Positions 19,658 to 30,100 of a stretch of 64,000 nucleotides of DNA are shown here, piece after piece (position 1 is the stretch's first letter; each line of letters begins with the position of its first letter). This stretch comes from Candidatus Zixiibacteriota bacterium (GTDB lineage: Bacteria; Zixibacteria; MSB-5A5; GN15; FEB-12), in the NCBI GenBank assembly GCA_022571985.1, contig JACZWU010000003.1, positions 120,860 to 184,859 on the forward strand, in the 5' to 3' direction. A program made the position numbers and the translations under genes. The notes beneath the pieces are model-generated. The model saw only the letters and a program-made list of their open reading frames with translations, searched no databases and was not told where the DNA came from.

Positions 19658-20569
19658 TTAATCAGCCTCTGGCGCCGTATGCCAGCGGTTGTGCATCCAG
19701 ATCCATTGTTCACGGTATTGGTCGATTAGTTCTTCGAGGACGTGGTGGCAGTCCAGGGTCGTCCGGACAATATCAACTTTTGAGCCTCCCTTATAAGTAT
19801 ATGTTATCGGAATCTCGGGTTTGATAATTACCTGATACCTGCCCAGATTAGTCCTGACACAGACCATAGGAATAAGAGCTGCGCCGGTCCTGGCGGCTAT
19901 AATCGATTGTCCCGCAGGCACTTTGGAGAGGCGGCCGAATGTCGGCAGGAAAACAGACCTGAGCTTAGTAGAATCCAGATCGATCGCCGCTCCAATCGCC
20001 CCCCCGGCTCTCAGCCAGCTGATAATTTTTTGAGGCGGCTCAGTAGAATCAAAATTGACGATACCCATTTTCTGGCGTTTTTTTAGAAGCAGATTATTAA
20101 GTTTTGAGTCGGCCAGTTTTCTGCCGATTGCTCCTACTTTATACCCAAGCTTAGCCAGATAAGCGGCCAGCAGCTCAAAATTCCCTAAATGCCCGGTAAT
20201 CCCCAGCACTCCTTTGCCTCTATTGTAAGCACGGTCAAAATATCTGAGCCCACTACAATCTACAACTTTTAGAATTTCATCCGAATGCGAAGAGGAAAAC
20301 CTCATCAGGTCGGCAATGTTTCTGCCGCTACTTATATAAAATGTTCTGCCGATCGATATTTTTTCATTGGCGCTCAGAGAATTTTCGTAGGCAATAGAAA
20401 GATGTCTGAACATTCTTATCTGGTCGCGGGTAACAATTTTATAAGCCAAAAGCCCCAGCCAGCTTCCGGCAAAAAGCGCCAGTGGCCGCGGCAGGTAATT
20501 AAACAAACGATCGAACATAACAGCAATGCTGTAAACTGATTTTCGTCGAAATTCTTGAGCAAGTTTCAT
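19658..20569 (-). CDS. Lipid A lauroyl/late acyltransferase (LpxL/HtrB family)
   Basis: GHLGNFE, AARTGAAL, EQWIWMHNRW. Confidence 0.88.
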   Translation of the reverse strand: MKLAQEFRRKSVYSIAVMFDRLFNYLPRPLALFAGSWLGLLAYKIVTRDQIRMFRHLSIAYENSLSANEKISIGRTFYISSGRNIADLMRFSSSHSDEILKVVDCSGLRYFDRAYNRGKGVLGITGHLGNFELLAAYLAKLGYKVGAIGRKLADSKLNNLLLKKRQKMGIVNFDSTEPPQKIISWLRAGGAIGAAIDLDSTKLRSVFLPTFGRLSKVPAGQSIIAARTGAALIPMVCVRTNLGRYQVIIKPEIPITYTYKGGSKVDIVRTTLDCHHVLEELIDQYREQWIWMHNRWHTAPEAD

Positions 20570-20645
20570 CAGGCTCTTCTCACTCTATTTCATTGAAGTG
20601 CTATAACAAATAAATCAAAGAATTATTTGTCGGCCATGTGAACAA

Positions 20646-21611
20646 TCAGACAAGTTTCGATTTGAGAATATCATGAAGGTGAATTATGCCGATTAGTTTT
20701 TGATTTTCGTCTACTGTCGGAAGTTGTGAAATCGAATGTTTTTCCATAATCGCCAGGCCGGCATCAAGCACCGCCGACTGCGCTATGGACTTCGGATTTT
20801 TTGTCATGACATCTTCGGCTTTATATCTAAACAGTTCCTGGTTCTGTTCTGCCAGCCTTCTTAAGTCGCCATCGGTAAAAATCCCGGCTATTTTATCTTT
20901 GTCATCTTTGATAACAACGCAACCCAAACGCTTGGACGTCATCATAAGAATCATTTCTTTCATGGAAGCGTCTTTATTGACCAGCGGAATGTCATCGCCG
21001 GTGTGATGCAGCTCAGAGATAAGTTTGACCAGCCTCATGCCCAAAAATCCACCCGGGTGAAGAGCTGCAAAATCATCCGCTGTAAAATTTCTGGCTTTGA
21101 GCAAAGCAATTGCGATGGCGTCGCCCATTACCAGAGCCGCTGTAGAAGACGAGGTCGGCACCAGATTATTCGGGCAGGCTTCTTTGTCTACGGAACAGTC
21201 CAGTGGAATATCGGCGCGTTTATATAATTCTGAGTTTATCGTGCCACACAGTCCTATTATCGTTACCCCAAGTCTGCGGGCAGTTGCCAATAGCAATTCT
21301 ATTTCGCCCATCTGTCCGGACTTGGAAATTAGTAACATAACATCGCTGGCGGCAATCAGCCCCAGGTCGCCGTGCATGGCATCGGCCGGATGTAAAAACG
21401 ATGAAGGAATTCCGGTTGAATTAAATGTCGCACTGATTTTTTTTCCAATCAGTCCGGACTTGCCCATACCGGCCACCACCACCCGCCCCTGGCAGTTTAA
21501 GATTGTCTCGACCGCCCGGTTAAAATTTTGATCGAGTCTGTCGGCCAGCGCCGCTATGGCCTCTGCTTCTATAGAAATAACTTCTTTGGCCAGTTTGAGA
21601 TAGTCTGTCAT
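20646..21611 (-). CDS. kdsD: Arabinose 5-phosphate isomerase (KdsD/GutQ)
   Basis: GMGKSGLIG, HPADAMHGDLG, EACP..L.PTSS, HPGG.LG, two CBS domains. Confidence 0.95.
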   Translation of the reverse strand: MTDYLKLAKEVISIEAEAIAALADRLDQNFNRAVETILNCQGRVVVAGMGKSGLIGKKISATFNSTGIPSSFLHPADAMHGDLGLIAASDVMLLISKSGQMGEIELLLATARRLGVTIIGLCGTINSELYKRADIPLDCSVDKEACPNNLVPTSSSTAALVMGDAIAIALLKARNFTADDFAALHPGGFLGMRLVKLISELHHTGDDIPLVNKDASMKEMILMMTSKRLGCVVIKDDKDKIAGIFTDGDLRRLAEQNQELFRYKAEDVMTKNPKSIAQSAVLDAGLAIMEKHSISQLPTVDENQKLIGIIHLHDILKSKLV

Positions 21612-22138
21612 TGCAAAAATTCCTTAGGGTCTTTTTCTACTGCTTCGAAGTAATATTCCAGAACTTCCCGCACGGCGCCATTTCCTCCGCTCTTGCTTGT
21701 TACGAAATCAGCGCTGTCTATTAACTCTGCAGCCGAATCCGCTACGGCTATGCCCAGGCCTGCTTTTTTTACCAGGCTGACATCCAAAATTTCGTTGCCG
21801 ACAAAAGCTATTTGATCGTAGCCTAAGTCGAGTTTCTGCAGCAGCGGTTTGACCATTTGAACTTTTTCTTTATACTCCTGCAAAACATGCTTGACGCCAA
21901 GGTCTTTCATTCTTGATTCGGTGGCTTTTGAATAACGACTTGAGACAATAGCAATCTCCAGTCCGGCCCGCATGGCCAGCACCATAAAAAGACCGTCAGA
22001 GATATTAAACTTTTTTAGTTCAAAGTTGTCCGGCCCAATATAGATGCTGTCATCGGTCAGTACACCGTCAACATCGAGAGCTAACAACTTTATTTCTTTT
22101 AGTTTTGCTTTTAGTTCTGTCGCTGAAAGTTTTGGCAT
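21608..22138 (-). CDS. kdsC: KDO 8-phosphate phosphatase (HAD family)
   Basis: LDVDGVLTD, F...DG, GG.GAVRE. Confidence 0.92.
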   Translation of the reverse strand: MPKLSATELKAKLKEIKLLALDVDGVLTDDSIYIGPDNFELKKFNISDGLFMVLAMRAGLEIAIVSSRYSKATESRMKDLGVKHVLQEYKEKVQMVKPLLQKLDLGYDQIAFVGNEILDVSLVKKAGLGIAVADSAAELIDSADFVTSKSGGNGAVREVLEYYFEAVEKDPKEFLQ

Positions 22139-22143
22139 AATTG

Positions 22144-22944
22144 TTAAATTGAAACTGCTCCTCTCACTTTCATAACCGCCAGCAAGAGCGATTCAATTTT
22201 ATCCAGAGGCAGCATGGCGCCGGAATCCGAAAGAGCCTCTTTCGGGTTAGGGTGCGTCTCCACAAATAAGCCGTCAATGCCCACCGCTGCCGCTGCTTTG
22301 GCCAGAGCTTCTGCAAATTCTGGCTGACCGGTCGAGGTGCTGCCGCTGCCGCCGGGAAGCTGCAGAGAATGAGTAGCGTCAAAGACAACCGGCAGGCCGG
22401 TCTCTTTCATTATCAGAAGTGAGCGAAAATCCACGACCAGGTTATGATAACCGAAGGTGGTGCCGCGCTCGGTCAGCATCACTTTTTTCGAATTTGCTTT
22501 TTGGGCGATATGTCTCATGTCTTCGGGTGCTAAGAACTGTCCCTTTTTAATATTGACCCATTTGCCGCTGGCGGCGGCCTGTCGGACCAGTTCTGTCTGC
22601 CGGCTCAAAAAAGCCGGAATCTGCAAAATGTCGGCAACTTGCGCGGCTGCAGAGATCTCGGCGGTCTCGTGAATATCAGTCAATATGGGTAGTTGAAATT
22701 TTTCGCGGATTGTGCTTAAGATTTTTAAGCCTTCATCTATGCCGGGCCCGGAATATGATTTTCCGGAAAGCCGGTTGGCTTTGCTGTAAGAAGATTTGAA
22801 AACCAGCGGGATTTTGAGTCTGTCTGCGATTTCGGCCAGCTTTTCGGCAACTCGCAGACACAGCTCTTCGGATTCTGCGACACAGGGGCCGGCGATGACA
22901 AAAAACTGGCCCTGTTCGATTTTGGCTATAGTCTTCTCTGGCAT
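22144..22944 (-). CDS. kdsA: KDO 8-phosphate synthase
   Basis: IAGPCV.ES, KANR.S, QIPAFLSRQT, KKGQF, ERG..FGY, DATHS, ETHP; ATG at 22944 preferred. Confidence 0.96.
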   Translation of the reverse strand: MPEKTIAKIEQGQFFVIAGPCVAESEELCLRVAEKLAEIADRLKIPLVFKSSYSKANRLSGKSYSGPGIDEGLKILSTIREKFQLPILTDIHETAEISAAAQVADILQIPAFLSRQTELVRQAAASGKWVNIKKGQFLAPEDMRHIAQKANSKKVMLTERGTTFGYHNLVVDFRSLLIMKETGLPVVFDATHSLQLPGGSGSTSTGQPEFAEALAKAAAAVGIDGLFVETHPNPKEALSDSGAMLPLDKIESLLLAVMKVRGAVSI

Positions 22945-23001
22945 CTGGCAAATATAGTGCAAGATTCGGTAAAAATCAGTCTTTATCGAAAAGCTGTAAA
23001 T

Positions 23002-23364
23002 TTACGGTATAATCTGGCGGAAATACCAGACGACTTCGTCTCCCGGGCCGATTTTTTTCAGATTTGAAGCCATAGCGCCCATAGTATCATTTACCGAATA
23101 AACCCAGAAATAGCCGTCAAACTGGTCAACAGAATTTATCGAAGCTACGAAATACCCCTGTGCTGTCTTATCGTATTCTACCGGGCCCTGGGCTACTGTC
23201 AGGTCAAATACGGTTGTGGAATCCTCGGCAGTCAGCTTTAGAGTCAGGCTGTCTTTAGGAGCGGCTGCATCGGAGCCGGAATCTTTTTCTTTTTTGCCAC
23301 CGCAGGAGGCGATCAGCATAATAGCCAAAAGCAGACCAAAACTCGCCAGTAAAATCTTTTTCAT
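23002..23364 (-). CDS. Lipoprotein with DUF4430-like domain
   Basis: Lipobox IASC; GYFV.SIN......FWVYSVN.......GD.V.W.F. Confidence 0.75.
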   Translation of the reverse strand: MKKILLASFGLLLAIMLIASCGGKKEKDSGSDAAAPKDSLTLKLTAEDSTTVFDLTVAQGPVEYDKTAQGYFVASINSVDQFDGYFWVYSVNDTMGAMASNLKKIGPGDEVVWYFRQIIP

Positions 23365-23537
23365 TCTTAGCAGACCCTTCTAATAATAAACGCGAACAGT
23401 CGCGCAAAATTTTCTAATTCCCAAGTCAGCTATATTTATGGCGGTTTGTCAATCTTTTCTTGCCGTCTTTTTTAAGTTGCCCGAAAGCTTTAAGCAAATG
23501 ATTTTTGTTCCAGAGTAGTTATGGGAAAGCTAAGTAT

Positions 23538-24431
23538 ATGAAATACGGCAAAATAATTGAAGATTCTTTCGGGCTGGGCTGGAAATATAAGTCGCTCTGG
23601 TTTTTTGGCTTGTTTGCAGGTTCGTTCGCGGAATTTAATTTCAATTACAAAACAGAGCAGCAATTGGACATCGACTCGATAGAATTTGAATCTTTCGAGC
23701 AGCTGTTTGCCTTTTTCTCTGAGTATTTGGCGCCAATTTTACTTCCTGTCATATTTCTGACACTTGTACTTTCTGCAATGCGCATCATTTGTTCCCCCGC
23801 ACTGATTGATGGAGTTAACAAAATCACGCGTGGCGGAACTTACAAATTCTGGGGTTCTTATTCACGAGGGTTAGATTTTTTCTGGAGATATCTGGGACTT
23901 AACGTTTTGTTTGCTGCGGTCATGGTAGGCATGATCATAATCTTATTTGGGATTGCTGTTATGATTCACTGGCTCATGATTTTTTTGATGTTCCCGGTTA
24001 TTATGATCTTTGGTTTTGTCGGCAGCACAGTTTTTGGACTGGCCGAGAGATCTCTGGTAGTTCGTGATAATTCTATCGGTGATGCGCTGGAAGAAGGCTG
24101 GGTTCTTTTTAAGAATAACATCGGCAAGTGCATAGTAATAATGCTGATAGTATTCGGTCTGGCTATGGGCCTGGCGATTGTTCTGTCGCTTCTGGGATTA
24201 ATGTTTTATTTTCCTATTAATTTTATCGTAGGCGGCATTACTGAAAATATCGCACTTACTTTTGTACTTGCTTTTATTTTGGGACTACCGGTTTCTGTTT
24301 TTCTGGGTGGCTTTGCAGGCACATTTTTCCACTCACTTTATACTTTGTTTTATTTCGGACTGGTTGACCCCTCAACTCCCTATGCCGATCAACCTCCAGC
24401 AGCACCAGCACCGACTCCGACACAACCATAA
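23538..24431 (+). CDS. Integral membrane protein, about 6 TM helices
   Basis: W..K.LWFFG start, repeated hydrophobic helices, Pro-rich tail; ATG at 23538 preferred. Confidence 0.8.
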   Translation: MKYGKIIEDSFGLGWKYKSLWFFGLFAGSFAEFNFNYKTEQQLDIDSIEFESFEQLFAFFSEYLAPILLPVIFLTLVLSAMRIICSPALIDGVNKITRGGTYKFWGSYSRGLDFFWRYLGLNVLFAAVMVGMIIILFGIAVMIHWLMIFLMFPVIMIFGFVGSTVFGLAERSLVVRDNSIGDALEEGWVLFKNNIGKCIVIMLIVFGLAMGLAIVLSLLGLMFYFPINFIVGGITENIALTFVLAFILGLPVSVFLGGFAGTFFHSLYTLFYFGLVDPSTPYADQPPAAPAPTPTQP

Positions 24432-24472
24432 GGTCTTAAGTGTATAAGATTAAAAGGGGTAATTGTTAAAAT

Positions 24473-25660
24473 ATGAAAAAGATTTTTGCTGTCTGCTTGT
24501 TGATTTTACTGGCTGCCTGTGCTGTAAGCGCTCAGCAGACCTACTACTCACTTTTTAGCTATGATAGTTTTGTGCCGGCAGTATCGATTAACGATCGCGC
24601 TGTGGGATTACAAAGTTCGCTCTATCCGGAGATGTACAAAAACCGTTCGGCTGAACGGGATATCCGCTGGGTCACAGAAAATGACAGCAGCCTGATTGCC
24701 TTCTGGCAGCAGACGGGTGACACTATTCTGCATATTATAACCGAGCTTTCCGGTTTTGAATGGGTCGAAGCTGAGTTTGAAATTTATTTTATCAGGCACT
24801 ACCCCACGCCCGGTTCCGGCAACCCCATGATTCTGGCACTTGATGGTGTCGGTTTTTCTCCGATGATTGAAGCTGTTCCCGATGATGTCCGCTGGTATTT
24901 GAATCTTACATTTCAGTTATCGCGCCGGCTTTTGTCTCAAGCAGAGCGCTCCGAAGACGCCCTGAGTTACGCCATATCGCGTCACCCTCTGATGCGCCCC
25001 ACCGCATACCGCCGTGATAATCTGGCTATGCTTTTGGCGCTGACTACCTGCCAGAATATTTTCGGCTATGATTCGGCCAACACAGCTTATGAATCGATAT
25101 ACTGGAGTCGTCATTTTAAGGGCAAAGAGACATTTGAACGGTTTTTCAGAAACAAATGGATACTGTCGCCCTCGAGAACTTTGGCCGATAGAATTCTGGA
25201 TGAACCGCTTAACTCAAATATAGTCAACGCCACCCGTCCGCCGCGGGTGAGACGGCCAAAACCAAAGCAGCAGACGCCTTCAGCTATTGCCGGAATCTCT
25301 GCCACCGGCCGCCTTGGCTTTTCTATGAAATACAACCAACTTGGTCAGCTTGTTGTCGATACGCTGGATATTTTCCGTCTGGGCTACGCTAACGGACTTC
25401 GCTCAGGCGACAGGATACGAAGAGTCGAAGGTAAGATCATAAAATCGTTTCGAGATTTAGTCGGCAAGCTCTTAGCTGGACTCGAACAGGGTGGTGCTGA
25501 GATCGAAATTACCCGCGCTGGTGAGTCAATGTTTTTAGTGTTCCAGCCGATGCTGCTGCCGGAGTTTGAGGAAGATTATTACGAAGAAGACCCGGAGCTT
25601 GACTCCCTGCTATTTCCGGACGAAGACTTTTCTGAAGAAGACGATTATGATGATGAGTGA
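24473..25660 (+). CDS. Exported protein with C-terminal PDZ domain and acidic tail
   Basis: Signal peptide (AVSA-Q); GRLGF...GLRSGDRI..VEG....I.R.G. Confidence 0.75.
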   Translation: MKKIFAVCLLILLAACAVSAQQTYYSLFSYDSFVPAVSINDRAVGLQSSLYPEMYKNRSAERDIRWVTENDSSLIAFWQQTGDTILHIITELSGFEWVEAEFEIYFIRHYPTPGSGNPMILALDGVGFSPMIEAVPDDVRWYLNLTFQLSRRLLSQAERSEDALSYAISRHPLMRPTAYRRDNLAMLLALTTCQNIFGYDSANTAYESIYWSRHFKGKETFERFFRNKWILSPSRTLADRILDEPLNSNIVNATRPPRVRRPKPKQQTPSAIAGISATGRLGFSMKYNQLGQLVVDTLDIFRLGYANGLRSGDRIRRVEGKIIKSFRDLVGKLLAGLEQGGAEIEITRAGESMFLVFQPMLLPEFEEDYYEEDPELDSLLFPDEDFSEEDDYDDE

Positions 25661-25682
25661 GGGGAGTCGTGGTGTCAGATTG

Positions 25683-25925
25683 CGTCATTCCACGCTTGTC
25701 GTGGAATCCAGCCGGTAATACAAACAACTCAGTCAAAAGTATTGTCTCTAACGAATGACCGTCCCATAGCTGTGCATTTCGTGTTGAGCTATACTAACAA
25801 CTGACGACAGACCCTTCGACAGGCTCAGGGTGACTGTCGCAGCAAGCGGGTCGAATCATCGACGCCCACTCTCCTGTTTCCTGCCCACCTTTCGACTAGT
25901 CTCAGAACAAGCGCAGGAATGATAA
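25683..25925. repeat. CGTC/TGTC-type REP-like palindromes between convergent genes
   Basis: CGTCATTCCACGCTTGTCGTGGAATCC at 25683; CCCTTCGACAGGCTCAGGGTGAC at 25812; TTCCTGC..GCAGGAATGA with internal insert at about 25878-25922. Confidence 0.75.
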
Positions 25926-25985
25926 AAGGGGAGGAATTCGCAAACTCCCTCCATTTACGCATCAGCATGAAACAGGCTACGCCTG

Positions 25986-26801
25986 CTAATAACTCCTGAA
26001 CTGATAGCCATCTGAAGTTATGATATTTACTTTTACCAAATTGCCCGACTGATTTTCATACGCCTGCACTAGATTGCTTAAAGCTGTGGTGTCGCCGGTG
26101 TAATTGTAGATGTACGAAAACAGAGAATCTGTGCCTATTGATGGACCAAGGCCCAAAATAGAATCAATCGCATTTGTACTGTCTATAAAGAAATAACCAT
26201 AGTGACCCGTTGAAAGCGTGTCCGGAGTAGCGCCCAAACTTTCCAGCGAATCAAAAAATGTCAGGGCGCTGTCTCTTAAGACCGGGTCGTTATAGCCGGC
26301 CTCGCCCCAGATAGTATTTGCTGGCACTCTGTACAAAATAGAACGGACAATGTTCGTCCAGGTGCTGTCGCCGTTCAAAATTTGGATAGTTGAATCGGTT
26401 AGTATCAGCTGGGCCGAAACTGTCACTCTGTCGACCGTGATAGAAAAATCGTAGCTGATATTGACTAAGGCACCCAGAATGACTATAGCCGCAGCAGGCG
26501 CAAAACCATCCAGACAAAATGTGAGGTCGGAAATTCTCGTAAAAGTCAGAGCCAGCGTATTGGAGGTTGTACTTAGATCATATTCTATGAGAAAATTGGC
26601 GCAAGGGAAAATTGAATCGGTAACGCAGCGGAGCTGCACACTGCGTAGGCCGTTGTCTAAGTTTTCAAAAATCTCGATGTTGATGACGGTGTTGATGCTG
26701 TCAATTTCGGGGCCGATTATGACTTCTTTGGTGTTATCGCAGCCGAGCGACACGATAATCCAGAGTGACAAAAGCACAAACAATATTATGATTCTTCGCA
26801 T
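25986..26801 (-). CDS. Hypothetical lipoprotein
   Basis: Signal peptide with SLGC lipobox; beta-rich sequence with three further Cys. Confidence 0.75.
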   Translation of the reverse strand: MRRIIILFVLLSLWIIVSLGCDNTKEVIIGPEIDSINTVINIEIFENLDNGLRSVQLRCVTDSIFPCANFLIEYDLSTTSNTLALTFTRISDLTFCLDGFAPAAAIVILGALVNISYDFSITVDRVTVSAQLILTDSTIQILNGDSTWTNIVRSILYRVPANTIWGEAGYNDPVLRDSALTFFDSLESLGATPDTLSTGHYGYFFIDSTNAIDSILGLGPSIGTDSLFSYIYNYTGDTTALSNLVQAYENQSGNLVKVNIITSDGYQFRSY

Positions 26802-26874
26802 TTATAAACCCAGTATTTCTTTCTGTTTATAGTCTCAAACATAGGATTTTGCGCCGTCAAAAACAAGAATTCCC

Positions 26875-26966
26875 TGTCATTGCGAGGAGCGAAGCGACGA
26901 AGCAATCTCATATCATTCAGCGGTGAGAATGCCACGTTACCGCCCAGGCGGCAACTCGCAATAACG
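26875..26966. repeat. Inverted pair of TGTCATTGCGAG-type palindromic repeats
   Basis: TGTCATTGCGAGGAGCGAAGCGACGAAGCAATCTC ... GAGAATGCCACG...CTCGCAATAACG. Confidence 0.75.
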
Positions 26967-27121
26967 TTTCCAGGCAGGAGCTAAAACAAGAAAAACTTTT
27001 CGATCTTCCCCTCGTATAAGTACCGAAATAGCTGTTGGCTGGCCTGTCTTTTGGCCTTATTATAGACAAATATTACAGATATCTTATGTCCAAACTCTTG
27101 CTCAAAATAAGGACGAATAAA

Positions 27122-30100
27122 ATGACCAAAATGTTAAAAGTTCTGCTTGCTTTATTCCTGACGTTTGTCTTAGTCACGCCGGCCTTCTCACAAATTTCTC
27201 TGAATGATTTAACTGAAGATCAAAAGATCGCCTCGTTTGAGACCGAAGCGGTATATATAAATCAAGATGGCAAACGTATCGGCGCGCGGTTCCGTCATAT
27301 TCCCAGTCAGTTCGTGCTGGATATTTTGCGGATTCAGTCTTTGCCGCAGGCCCTTATGTGGGTCAATACACCGCCGCCGACCGACCAGGGAGAGCCTCAT
27401 ACGCTGGAGCATTTATTGTTGGGAAAAGGTACCAAAGGCCGCTATGTGGCCAGCCTTGAGGACATGTCGCTGGGCAGCAGCTCGGCCTTTACTCAGCAGA
27501 TTCGTACCTGTTATCATTTTAATACTTCTGCCGGCAGCGAAACTTTTTTCAATCTGTTTGAAGCCAAGCTCGACGCCATGATTCATCCAAATTATTCCGA
27601 TGAAGAAATCCGCCGCGAAGTTCGCAATATGGGCGTTGCCGTAAATAACGAGGACGGTTCAAAATACTTAGAAGAAAAAGGGACTGTCTATAACGAAATG
27701 GTCAGTTCGTTTGAGCGGCCCTGGGGAAATCTTTATTTCAATCTTTTGAAAAATGTCTATGGCGACGGTCATCCGCTGTCTTTTTCAGCCGGCGGGCTGC
27801 CAGCTGCAATCCGCACCATGCAGCCCGAAGATATCAGAAATTTTAGAGAAAGATATTACCATCTGAATAATATGGGTGCGGTTCTGTCTATCGGTGATGA
27901 AATCTCACTTGCTGATTGTCTGAAGAGCCTTTCTCAAATTTTTGATAGAATTGAACCAAATTCAAAAGCGGGCGTTGATCCGGCCGAGTTTGCCGCAGGC
28001 CTGCCCCAGGCGTCACCAGCAGAACAGGGAAAAATAGCAACGGTAGGCTTTCCGCATTCAAACGAGAATGAACCGGGACTGTTAGTTTATGCCTGGCCGC
28101 CCGAAAGAGATTTGAGCCTCAACGAATACCTTTTGTTTAATCTCTTCGTTGAAAATCTTGCCTCGGGGCAGACCTCAAATTTGTACAAGCGCTTTATTGA
28201 TTCGCAAGAGCGGCTGCTGGATATCGGGGCCAGTTCGTCGTTCGGCTGGATTTCTGACCATCCGGGGCAGGCGCTGTTTATCGGGTTTCGTAATGTCAGC
28301 CGTGATGCTACCGGCGAAAAGATGATTGACTCGGTGCGCTCAGTTATTATAAGAGAGATAGAAATGATTTCATCGTTTGCGGATAACTCTCCTGAACTGT
28401 TTGAGTTCAACGAGCGCCTGCGGTCTCTCTCGATCAATAACAAAAGAGAAATAAAAGAGTTTCTTAATTCACCCCCCCGCTTTGGCTATCGCGGAACCGG
28501 CTCAAGGTGGTTCGATCATCTGCAGCTGCTAAAAAATGAAAAAGGATTTGAGCGCGATGTTTCCGGCCAAGCTGCTTTTGCATTTGTTGAGCAGATGCTT
28601 GACTCTAAAGAGAATTTCTGGCACAAGCATATTACGAATTGGAAACTTCTGAGCACGATTCCTTTTGGAGTAGCCACCCATCCTGACCCCGAACTGTTAA
28701 CCAGAAGCAACAACTCTCGTGCAAAAAGAATAGATGATTACGTAGCGGAGCTTCAAGCAAAGTACAAATCAGACAGCAGGGAAGCCGCCATCGCAATCTA
28801 CGAAAAAGAATATGCCAAGAATACTGAGATTATAGACGCCGAGGCTGCCACCATCGAGATGCCCCCGTTTGTAGAAAACCCGCCGCTGACGCTTGACGAC
28901 CAGCTAAATTATTCGGTCGAGAAACTTCCGGGCGGAGGCGACTGTGTTTATTCCCGTTTTGATAATATTTCAAGTACAACCGTTGGACTTGTTTTCGATT
29001 TATACTCGGTGCCGGAATCACTGCTGGTCTTTCTGCCGGTATTACCGACTGTCATGACCCAGATTGGCGTTATCAAAGACGGGCAGCCGATTTCGTTTGA
29101 TGAAATGAATCAGGCTATAAAAAGAGACATTCTGGGACTTAACGCTTACTTTTCTACCGGAAACCGCACCGAGCGCGTTGGTCTGACTGTAGAAGCAGCT
29201 GGCGGCGACAAAACTGAAACCAAAAAAGCTCTTGACTGGCTCAGCACAGCTTTGTTTTCTCCGAACTTAGGCGAAGCTAATCTGCCTCGAATCAGAGATG
29301 CAGTAGATTTGAAACTTAAGTCTTTGCGCAATCGCATGCGCGGCTCTGAAGAAAGCTGGGTAAATGAACCGATGTACGGCTACTGGCGACAGCACAATCA
29401 GCTCTTTTTGAGTGCCCGCTGCTTTTTGACACAGGCGCATCTGGTTCATCGTCTGCGCTGGATGTTAAAATCTGCCGGCGACCCGGATCAGTTTATTTTC
29501 TTTGAAAAGTTTATGGGTCTTTTGTCGAACGAACTTGCACGTTTAAACCGAGAGCAGGTTCAGACGCTTCTTGCTGCGCTTTCTTCGAGTGACAACGAAA
29601 CCCAACCTATGCAGCCTCTGGTACTAATGCTCAACCCTGCTCCCGAAGATGCCAGGCAGCTGCTGGCGGATGCTTTCGGAGATTTAACTCAAAGCCTTTC
29701 TGATATCCCCGACAACAGTTTGTCAAAAGATTTAGTTTATCTTTGCAGTCAGATAACTGCTGATCTGAAGAAAGCGCCGGCCGATGTGCTTGGTTCTTTG
29801 AATCACCTGCTCGAAATAATCAGGCATCAGGATAACGTTCGCGCCTACATTGTATCAAATGAAGAAAATAAAAAAATAGCAATGCGTAAACTAACCGGCA
29901 TTGTCAGCAGACTTGCTGACGGAGAGGCCGAGAGATACGACTATAATAGTTCGCCGCTCATTAATCAACGGCTGTCTGAACGGACGCCTTTGTCGTCAAA
30001 GCCGGTCTGTATCGGACTGGTCAATGAAAACACCCGTTCAGGTGTTCATAACAACACTTCTGACTGTGCCTCTTACGAAGAAACTGACAGGGAGACACTA

